In this document: piece by piece, positions 52,089-59,938 of the stretch
Numbering within the stretch: position 1 is the first letter of the stretch
Layout of the letters: the number at the start of each line of letters is the position of its first letter
Source of the DNA: Alphaproteobacteria bacterium
Lineage (GTDB): Bacteria > Pseudomonadota > Alphaproteobacteria > Rs-D84
Assembly (NCBI GenBank): GCA_031549365.1
Contig: JAVBPX010000001.1
Location: forward strand, 96,001 to 160,000
Direction: 5' to 3'
DNA length: 64,000 nucleotides
Translations under genes and position numbers: made by a program
The notes under the pieces: generated by a model
Database searches by the model: none
Seen by the model: only the letters and a program-made list of their open reading frames with translations
What the model was told of the DNA's origin: nothing

Positions 52089-52191
52089 TTGACTTTTTTG
52101 ATGATTTGTGGTATAATGCAGAGTATATTAGGACGGATTTTATCCGTCTTTTTTAATTTTAGTCCCGCTATTTTTGGCGGGGCTTTTTTTT
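52089..52191 (+). promoter_or_regulatory. sigma70 promoter followed by two terminator-like hairpins
   Basis: TTGACT-17-TATAAT (52089-52117); GACGGA-TTTTA-TCCGTC+T run; CCCGCTA-TTTT-TGGCGGG+T run. Confidence 0.65.
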
Positions 52192-52210
52192 ATATTTTTA
52201 AGGGAGTAAT

Positions 52211-52990
52211 ATGAAAAATAATTTTTTTAACGAACAATCTTTAAATTCTGATATTAAAACTCAGATTATCTTAGCTACATTTAAACTTTGGCTTCAAGAC
52301 AATAAAAAGGAACAAAATCTATCTTATATTGATCTATTTTCAGGGCCTGGCATATATGATGATGGAACATTATCTACACCGATATGTATTTTACAGGAAA
52401 TTTGCAATAATAAGAGAATGGCACAGAGATTCAATGTGATCTTAAATGATTATAATGCAGAATTTATTGCAAAATTGCGTCGTATGATTTTGAATGTGAA
52501 AAATGCTAGGTTTATAAAAACTTTGGTTACTTCGATTGGTAATGCTGAAAGTTTTCAAAAGACCGTATCTAATAATGAACATATCTTCATGTTAATTGAT
52601 CCTTGGGGATGGAAGGGTATAAATAGAAATTATATTAATAATATGTTATTAAATAAGGACTGTGATATTGCGGTGATGTTTAATTTTAATCAGTTTAATC
52701 GGTTTATGAATTTTGATATCGCAGATGAATTGTTTAATGATTTGTTTGATAAAAAAACTTTGCACGAAATACGTAAATTTTGTAGCACAAATCCAAAATC
52801 GGAAAGAGAACAATTCGTGATAGATAAATTTGTGAAAATGGTTTGTAAAAATTGTGAAAATTGTAATTACACGCCATTTAAATTTAAGATGGAAAAATCG
52901 ACGCGTACAAGCCATTATATTATTTTTATAATTCGTGATAAAGATAGATTTCAAGCAACGAAAACTTTGTTAAATCAATACTTGGCTTGA
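52211..52990 (+). CDS. tcmP: three-Cys-motif partner protein (TcmP, SAM-methyltransferase-like fold)
   Basis: YIDLFSGPGxYDDG...TP, LIDPWGWKG; directly upstream of DUF5131. Confidence 0.8.
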   Translation: MKNNFFNEQSLNSDIKTQIILATFKLWLQDNKKEQNLSYIDLFSGPGIYDDGTLSTPICILQEICNNKRMAQRFNVILNDYNAEFIAKLRRMILNVKNARFIKTLVTSIGNAESFQKTVSNNEHIFMLIDPWGWKGINRNYINNMLLNKDCDIAVMFNFNQFNRFMNFDIADELFNDLFDKKTLHEIRKFCSTNPKSEREQFVIDKFVKMVCKNCENCNYTPFKFKMEKSTRTSHYIIFIIRDKDRFQATKTLLNQYLA

Positions 52991-53021
52991 AAAATAATAT
53001 CGTTTCTGGCATAATGTGAAT

Positions 53022-53756
53022 ATGGCAGAAAAATCTAAACTTGAATGGACGGATGCAACGTGGAACCCAGTTGTTGGATGTACAAAGTACAGCGATGGGT
53101 GTATAAATTGTTATGCAAAACCAATTGCAGAACGTTTGTGTAGACAAGGAGTTTTTGGATACGAAAATGGTTTTAAAATGACATTGCGTCCAGAGCGTTT
53201 GGAAATTCCATTGCATTGGAAAAAACCAAGATTAATATTTGTAGACTCCATGTGCGATTTATTTCACGATGATGTGCCATTAGAATATATTCAGAAAGTT
53301 TTTGCAATAATGAAGCGTGCAGATTGGCATGTTTATACCATATTAACAAAACGATCAAAGCGTTTGCGTGAATTGGCGTCAAACCTTGAATGGATGCCGC
53401 ATGTTGTAATGGGTGTAACGATTGAATCCGATAAATATCGTGATAGGCTGGATGATTTGAAGGCTGTGCCTGCATATATGCGATATTTATCATTGGAGCC
53501 ATTGTTGGGACCAATTAACCGATTGGATTTGGATGGAATTGATTGGGTTATTGCTGGTGGAGAATCCGGACCAAATGCACGGCAACTGGATACAAATTGG
53601 GTCAGAGAAATTCGCGATTGGACATTGGAACAAAAAGCTGCGTTTTGGTTTAAACAGTATAGCGAGTATGGGGGACAGCATAAAGACCCTATTTTAGATG
53701 GGGAAAAATATAAGCAATTTCCAGATTTTAAAACCGGAAAACCGAGTCTGTTTTAA
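53022..53756 (+). CDS. DUF5131 (phage Gp37/Gp68-like) radical-SAM-like protein
   Basis: EWTDATWNPVVGCTKYSDGCINCYA, SMCDLFH, LTKR, SLEPLLG, WVIAGGESG, FKQ. Confidence 0.9.
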   Translation: MAEKSKLEWTDATWNPVVGCTKYSDGCINCYAKPIAERLCRQGVFGYENGFKMTLRPERLEIPLHWKKPRLIFVDSMCDLFHDDVPLEYIQKVFAIMKRADWHVYTILTKRSKRLRELASNLEWMPHVVMGVTIESDKYRDRLDDLKAVPAYMRYLSLEPLLGPINRLDLDGIDWVIAGGESGPNARQLDTNWVREIRDWTLEQKAAFWFKQYSEYGGQHKDPILDGEKYKQFPDFKTGKPSLF

Positions 53757-53959
53757 TGGCAATGATTTATACAATCGGTTTTAGTGGAAAAACAGCGGAC
53801 ATTTTTACGGATGTTCTGGATGCTGTTGGTGTCAAAAAATTGATTGATATTCGTTTATGGCGGGCGTCACGATTTGTTCCATGGGCATCGGGTGCAAATT
53901 TGCAGAAACTTTTGGGTGACAAATATTGTTATATGCCGGAATTGACACCAACAAAATGA
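53756..53959 (+). pseudogene. truncated DUF488-family protein
   Basis: IYTIGFS...LIDIR...PELTPT then stop at 67 aa; C-terminal CxHR region absent. Confidence 0.7.
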
Positions 53960-54387
53960 AGAAATTATTAAAAAGATAAATTATCGTCTGGGTACAAATG
54001 CGGATAAAATAAAACTCATTGAAAAAAACTATAATCGTCCGAATATTGAAGAATATTTGCAAATGTTTTCAAAAAACATGGATGGAGTAGATGAGACCAG
54101 AATTGCCCACTTTTATTTGAAATATTGCGATTTCAAACATTCCAATGTACTGACGTGTTTAGAAGGACAAATACTTGATTTTCAGGTTGAACGCGTTATT
54201 ACAGTAATGGTTATGCTTGTTACATATTTGAGTATGGCAAAATTAGAGCCCTATGTACATCCTGTCGGTATTTAAATATCAATTATCCAGTAGGAAAATA
54301 CTATTATGGATCAATGCTGTTAGTGAGACTTTCTTGACTTTTTAACATTATAATAGTAGCATCCTTTGTGAGAAAAATGAGGTTTAA

Positions 54388-55980
54388 ATGTCGGATAACA
54401 ATGCCATTCATTGGGCGGATTTTATTGCAGAGCGAATAATTCGTGAAAAAGGCGATAAAGATTTATATACTTTGGCCAGCGGAATTACCCCGTCTGGGAC
54501 AATTCATATTGGAAAATTTCGCGAGATTATAACCACCGAATTGGTGTCCCGGGCGTTGGTTCGCATGGGGAAAAAGGTACGTTTTATTTATTCTTGGGAT
54601 GATTATGATACTTTTCGCAAAGTGCCGGGCGATATGCCACAGCAAGAGATGTTAAAAGAATTATTGTATCAGCCGATTGTCGATATTCCAGATGTTTACG
54701 GAACAGAAAGTTCTTATGCTCGGCATAACGAAGTGTCGTTGGAACGTATTGCTCCGGTATTGGGCATAACAAATATTGAATTTATTTATCAAAGTCGGAT
54801 GTATCGTAGTGGCGAATATAATGATTTGATTATAAAGGTTATGGATTCGCGAGATAAAATTCGTGATATTTTACAGACATCTAAAAGCCAGGGGATGGAT
54901 GAAGAGTTTTATCCTATTGCAACTTATTGCAGCAATTGCAATCGTGACCGAATTGTTTTTTCAAATTATAATACATCAGATAAAACAGTTGATTATAAGT
55001 GTAAGTTATGCAACCACACGGAAAAGTTAAATTTACGCGATTCAAGGCGGCTGAAATTGCCTTGGCGAATTGATTGGCCAATGCGTTGGGCATTTGAAAA
55101 TGTTGATTTTGAACCAGGTGGGACAGATCATTCTTCGGCTGGGGGCAGTTTTGATACCAGCAAAGTAATCGTTAGTGAGATTTTTGGAGGGGCGTCTCCG
55201 GTTTATGCAAAATATGCATTTGTATTGCCAAAGGGTGAAAGCAAAAAGATGTCTTCGTCAATTGGTAACGGGTTTTCTGTGGAAAGCGTTTTGCAGGTTT
55301 ATGAACCAGAAATGATACGTTGGTTTTTTGCTTCGTATAAACCAGATGCGCAGTTCAGTATGGCTTTTGACATTGATGTTTTGAAGAATTACGAAGCATT
55401 TGACCGAATGGAACGCGTGGTTTATGGATTGGAAGATGTGAATGATGACAGGCGTGCAGTGCAGCGGCGTATTTATGAAATGTCTCAGATAAATTTTGAT
55501 GGAAAGATTCCGGAACAGATGCCTTTTCAGCCGAGTTTTAGGCACCTGTGTAATCAGTTGCAAATAAACGAATTTGATATCGAAAAAACCAGAGCATATT
55601 ACGCCCACCAAATCAAAAATGACATCGATGAACAACGGTATCAAGAAAGGTCCAAATGCGCAGTATTTTGGATACAAAATTGTGCTTCGGATGATTTCAA
55701 ACTTATATTGAATTCCGAAAAACGCAATGACATGACATTGTCGACAGATGAAAAAAAGTTCGTGAATGACTTGCACAAAATGTTGGAGATTGATTGGGAC
55801 AATTTAGATGACGAACGCGTCTTACAAAGTAAGGTCGGTGAATTAATTAAGGCCAACGGATTGGAAGTACTAAATGCGTATAAACTGTTATATCAGTTAC
55901 TGGTCAATCGGGACCAAGGACCAAAGCTGGCCGGATTTATTTTGGGTATTGGCAAGGATAAGATTCTGAATTTGTTGTAA
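54388..55980 (+). CDS. lysS: class I lysine--tRNA ligase (spirochaete-like)
   Basis: HWAD, ASGITPSGTIHIG, SWDDYD..RKVP, KLPWRIDWPMRW, KMSSS, GPKLAGFI. Confidence 0.93.
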   Translation: MSDNNAIHWADFIAERIIREKGDKDLYTLASGITPSGTIHIGKFREIITTELVSRALVRMGKKVRFIYSWDDYDTFRKVPGDMPQQEMLKELLYQPIVDIPDVYGTESSYARHNEVSLERIAPVLGITNIEFIYQSRMYRSGEYNDLIIKVMDSRDKIRDILQTSKSQGMDEEFYPIATYCSNCNRDRIVFSNYNTSDKTVDYKCKLCNHTEKLNLRDSRRLKLPWRIDWPMRWAFENVDFEPGGTDHSSAGGSFDTSKVIVSEIFGGASPVYAKYAFVLPKGESKKMSSSIGNGFSVESVLQVYEPEMIRWFFASYKPDAQFSMAFDIDVLKNYEAFDRMERVVYGLEDVNDDRRAVQRRIYEMSQINFDGKIPEQMPFQPSFRHLCNQLQINEFDIEKTRAYYAHQIKNDIDEQRYQERSKCAVFWIQNCASDDFKLILNSEKRNDMTLSTDEKKFVNDLHKMLEIDWDNLDDERVLQSKVGELIKANGLEVLNAYKLLYQLLVNRDQGPKLAGFILGIGKDKILNLL

Positions 55981-55984
55981 TTCA

Positions 55985-56749
55985 TTACCTTTCTTGTATG
56001 TGCTTTCCCATAATGCACTGGCGAGCGATGATTTTTTTGATGTTACTGCCGACAAGTTGCGATGTTAGAGGGCAATGATAGCTTTTTTTGAAATTTTCAG
56101 TGCATTGTTGTAAAGTTTCTGTAAAATTTGGTTTATAAAATTTTCCAATTTCTATACCCACAGGGGTGTTTTCAAGATTTCCCTTTGCTATTTCGTTATC
56201 AAAATTTTGTTTTGTAGTCGCAATTATATGTTTATTATCAGTGGTATGCAAGTGTGGTTCAGCCCTCTCCCATTGCGGTTGTGTAGATACAAATTTATCG
56301 GCCTCTTGCTTGTATGTTGAGTGTAATAGTGGACTATCTTTTAGTATTATTTTAGGTAAGTGCAACACCCATAAAATAATTCGAGCATATTGAAATTGCG
56401 ATAATATGCAATCAGTTAATACGCATGAAGAACTCATAATTGACGGTAGAGAATCTTTAATGTTATTTGCAATGTATATGAGATCTGAAAGGCATTCTTT
56501 GTCTAGGCAAAATCCAAGGTGGTCAAAATCCTTTTGAAGGTCGTAATGCAGTTTCTTCATGTATTCAAGAAATTTTTTTTCTTGTTCGTGGTTGGATTTT
56601 TTTAGTAATATAAAAGTGTCAACATCTGAATTTGTTTTATCTTCACCTCGAGCAGTTGAGCCACATATAAATGAAAACTCTAGATTGTCTCCGAATATCT
56701 CTCGGGTATCTAAGTCCAATTGTTTTATCTGTTTTTTTGTTATTTTCAT
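55985..56749 (-). CDS. Pol-beta-superfamily nucleotidyltransferase-domain protein
   Basis: FICGSTARGEDKTNSDVDTFI (hGS...DxD). Confidence 0.8.
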   Translation of the reverse strand: MKITKKQIKQLDLDTREIFGDNLEFSFICGSTARGEDKTNSDVDTFILLKKSNHEQEKKFLEYMKKLHYDLQKDFDHLGFCLDKECLSDLIYIANNIKDSLPSIMSSSCVLTDCILSQFQYARIILWVLHLPKIILKDSPLLHSTYKQEADKFVSTQPQWERAEPHLHTTDNKHIIATTKQNFDNEIAKGNLENTPVGIEIGKFYKPNFTETLQQCTENFKKSYHCPLTSQLVGSNIKKIIARQCIMGKHIQER

Positions 56750-56771
56750 TATTATTTACCAGTTGCTGTTT

Positions 56772-58229
56772 TTATAAGTATCTTACGATTTCTCTCTGAG
56801 GTAGAATTGGTTGTGGAGTAAATATGCCTTTGTAATAGATTCCAGATGCATGCTTTCCTATACCGCCATATGGTTTGTATCCATGCTCGAAATTGTGTAG
56901 ATGGTCATTCACAAGTATAGAGTCCGGCATATGGATTTTTTCATCATAAAGTATGGCTATTGTTTCTTCTTTTAATTTTCCATAAACTGTCAAAAACATA
57001 GCTGATTCTTTATATTTTGTATTTTTGAAATAGTTTATAAGTTCATTTTCTGAATCATAAGGTTGTATAAAGAATATTGGACAGAACAATTCTTCGTAAT
57101 TAGCTCCTTCAGAGAGATCCTTTACTATTACCGTAGGATATATCATATTTTTTGAAGCGTCTATAAGACCTCCATAATAAATATTCTTCCGATTGTTATA
57201 AATTAGTTTTGCAGCATTTAATGCGTATCCATCTTTTGTATTAGGCATTATTATCGTGGATTTTTCAGGATTTGAATTACAGTTTTCATGAATTTCTTTT
57301 AATTTATTTATTAAAATTTCTTGAAAATCTGTTAAACAATCTCTTTTCACAAGTAATGCATTTGGGGCGGCACAGTCTTGTCCTTGGTTGTATGTTCCAA
57401 GCTCGATACATGCTTCGACGGCTTCTTTGATATTTGACCGAAGATTTATTATAACCGGGTTTTGTCCAGCACCACCAAAGAAACAATATAACTCTTTGTT
57501 ATACGATCTTTTTACTTTCTTCATGTTTTCATATGTACCTGTAAATATAAATGCCTTTATTTCATTTCGTGTAATATTGAGAAAATCCTCTCTTCCTCCA
57601 TAGAATATTTCTATATTTGGCATACTTGATAAATTTAACAATTTATCTAGCTCTTTAAAAACGTCTTGAGAATCATTTGGATATCTAACATATACTTTCT
57701 TACAAATATACGATGGAACAAGAGCAAAACAAACAAAGGAATACAGCAATTGGTTTAAAGGCATAAATGACGCGATTGGTGCTTTCTCTTTTAAAAAGTA
57801 TTCCTTATTTATGGTAAGATTTGTAAGAAGGTCTATTGATCTATCAATTTCATCACATATTGTATTATAGGTGGCATATGATGAAAGAGCTTTATAGATA
57901 TCTTCTCTGCGCTGATTTAATTGAAACGAAAAATTGAGCGCGTCTGTTAAAATTTTATCAAAGTCTAGATTATTTTCCACGTCTTTTTTAGAAATATTTG
58001 TTCTTTGTCCAAACCAAGAGCCAATTTCCTTTTTACTGAGTTTCTCTGTTTTTACTATAAGCCCTAAGTCATTTTTTTCATACTCCAGGCTGAGATTGTT
58101 AATATTGTGGAGTATATTATCTTTAGCTTTTGTATCCATCTCATCAAATTTGAGGATAAAAGTCAGCCCATTTTTATCTTGTAAAATGGTTCCAATAGGC
58201 TGTTTCTTTTTCCTTACTATGAAGTCCAT
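56772..58229 (-). CDS. aldehyde dehydrogenase-fold protein (atypical)
   Basis: PLNQ, FTGT, GGAGQNP, NQGQDC (catalytic Cys), EELFCP, PYGG; RBS AAGGAG. Confidence 0.85.
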   Translation of the reverse strand: MDFIVRKKKQPIGTILQDKNGLTFILKFDEMDTKAKDNILHNINNLSLEYEKNDLGLIVKTEKLSKKEIGSWFGQRTNISKKDVENNLDFDKILTDALNFSFQLNQRREDIYKALSSYATYNTICDEIDRSIDLLTNLTINKEYFLKEKAPIASFMPLNQLLYSFVCFALVPSYICKKVYVRYPNDSQDVFKELDKLLNLSSMPNIEIFYGGREDFLNITRNEIKAFIFTGTYENMKKVKRSYNKELYCFFGGAGQNPVIINLRSNIKEAVEACIELGTYNQGQDCAAPNALLVKRDCLTDFQEILINKLKEIHENCNSNPEKSTIIMPNTKDGYALNAAKLIYNNRKNIYYGGLIDASKNMIYPTVIVKDLSEGANYEELFCPIFFIQPYDSENELINYFKNTKYKESAMFLTVYGKLKEETIAILYDEKIHMPDSILVNDHLHNFEHGYKPYGGIGKHASGIYYKGIFTPQPILPQREIVRYL

Positions 58230-58260
58230 ATTTTCTCCTTGATTAATGTGGACCTTAAGT

Positions 58261-59760
58261 TTATCTCAACTTTATTTTTTTTAACATGGGAAATGTTAAA
58301 ACATCTCTGATATTAGATGAGTTTGTTAACATCATGGCGAGGCGATCTGCACCTATTCCCATGCCTCCTGTAGGGGGCATACCGTATTCTAAAGCTGTAA
58401 GAAAGGCTTCATCCATTTGCATTGCTTCAGGATCATCTGAAAGAGATGCTTGTTCTTCGAATTTTTTTCTTTGATCTATTGGATTTGATAATTCTGAGTA
58501 AGCTTCACCAAATTCAATGCCGCCAACATAGAGCATAAATCTTTCAGAAAGACGTGGGTTTTGTCGATGTATTTTTGTCAGCGGAGATATATCATATGGA
58601 ACATCCATTACGAAAGTTGGTTGAATAAGAGTTTTTTCGACTTTTTCTTCAAATATAGTTTCTACTACTTTACCCCAAGATTCAGTTCCCTTGAGTCGAA
58701 TTTTGTGTTTTTGGGCAATGCTATGAATTTCCCTATCGCTCATGTTTATAAGATCTTCGTTCAGCGCTTCTGATGCTGCGTCTACCATTGGTAATCTTTT
58801 AAATGGTTTTTCAAGGTCTATTAAGGCATCTTTCCAAGTAATGTGGAGAGAGCTGTTGACAGCCATAGATGAATCTCGCAGCAATCTTTCTGCGAGAATC
58901 ATCATGTCAAAATAGTCTTTATAAGAGCCATATATATCTAGCATTGTGAATTCTGGACTGTGGCGATTATCAATACCTTCATTGCGGAAATTTTTACCAA
59001 TTTCAAACACTCGAGGAATGCCTCCAACAATGAGCCGCTTTAGTTCAAGTTCAGATGCTATCCTGAGATAAAAATCGTCTTTAAGAGAATTATAATGTGT
59101 AGTAAATGGAGCAGCATTTGCACCGGCTTTTACTGGGTGAAGTATAGGTGTTTCTACCTCTATATATCCCTCATCGTGCATTACTTCGCGTATAGCATAC
59201 ATTGCTTTCGCCCTATTGAGAACAACATCCCGAGAGTTTTTGTTTACTATAAGATCTACGGATTTATTGCGGTATCTTTCTTCGGAGTCTGTTAGACCGT
59301 GGTATTTTTCAGGAAGAATATTCAATGATTTTGACAGCATTGTTACTTCCAGAGGAGTAACAGAAACTGCTCCTCGCAAAGTTTTTTTAATTCCTCCCAA
59401 AACACCAATTATATCACCAATGTCAAGATTTTTAAGCATGTTATTAAATTGTGTATCTGCTTTTGGATTTTCATTGCAAATTTGAATTTTTCCGGATTCA
59501 TCTTCAACATCGATGAACATTCCGGAATTTCGGATTGCCATAATTCTTCCTGCAATTTTTACAATGTCTTTTGTATCCGCTGTCTTTTCACCAGGTTGAA
59601 GGTGGCCAAATTCAGCTATTATATTACTGGCAAGATGCGTTGGTTTGTATATGTGTGGATATGCGTTTATTCCTTGAGATTCGATGTCTTTAAGTTTTTG
59701 AATCCTTATTTCTTTTAAAGAATTTATTGGTGTCTTATTATCTTTTTTTTGATTTTGCAT
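58261..59760 (-). CDS. lysS: class II lysine--tRNA ligase paralogue (full length, with OB-fold)
   Basis: AGRIMAIR, LPEKYHGL, EVETP, YLRIASEL, FRNEG..HSPEF, YGMPPTGGMGIGADRL. Confidence 0.92.
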   Translation of the reverse strand: MQNQKKDNKTPINSLKEIRIQKLKDIESQGINAYPHIYKPTHLASNIIAEFGHLQPGEKTADTKDIVKIAGRIMAIRNSGMFIDVEDESGKIQICNENPKADTQFNNMLKNLDIGDIIGVLGGIKKTLRGAVSVTPLEVTMLSKSLNILPEKYHGLTDSEERYRNKSVDLIVNKNSRDVVLNRAKAMYAIREVMHDEGYIEVETPILHPVKAGANAAPFTTHYNSLKDDFYLRIASELELKRLIVGGIPRVFEIGKNFRNEGIDNRHSPEFTMLDIYGSYKDYFDMMILAERLLRDSSMAVNSSLHITWKDALIDLEKPFKRLPMVDAASEALNEDLINMSDREIHSIAQKHKIRLKGTESWGKVVETIFEEKVEKTLIQPTFVMDVPYDISPLTKIHRQNPRLSERFMLYVGGIEFGEAYSELSNPIDQRKKFEEQASLSDDPEAMQMDEAFLTALEYGMPPTGGMGIGADRLAMMLTNSSNIRDVLTFPMLKKIKLR

Positions 59761-59782
59761 AGATATACCTTTTTATACTTTT

Positions 59783-59855
59783 TGGGGGGCGGTCCGGATT
59801 TGAACCGTACCTCTGAGGGAAAACTCAGCGTTCTGCCTAATTATACTACCCGCCC
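59783..59855 (-). tRNA. non-canonical tRNA-like gene (73 nt including CCA)
   Basis: GGGCGGGTAGTATAATTAGGCAGAACGCTGAGTTTTCCCTCAGAGGTACGGTTCAAATCCGGACCGCCCCCCA: acceptor GGGCGG/CCGCCC, D-loop GG, CTGAG/CTCAG arm with 6-nt loop, GGTTCAAATCC, CCA. Confidence 0.8.
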
Positions 59856-59938
59856 TATAATTGTGATGAAGTGATCCCATCAACTTATCATTGTTTATGT
59901 CAAAAGCAATTTAAATGTCAATAATTATTTTTTGTTAT

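Noticed and set aside
58261-59760. EpmA/PoxA (EF-P lysyl ligase) as the identity of the second LysRS
   Set aside because: EpmA lacks the N-terminal OB-fold; this 499-aa protein retains it, and no efp/epmB is nearby
59783-59855. tRNA-Pyl, tRNA-Sec or T-box riboswitch interpretation of the tRNA-like element
   Set aside because: No CUA or UCA anticodon, no long Sec arms, no pyl/sel genes; no T-box AGGGTGGNACCGCG motif or terminator; it has its own T-loop and CCA
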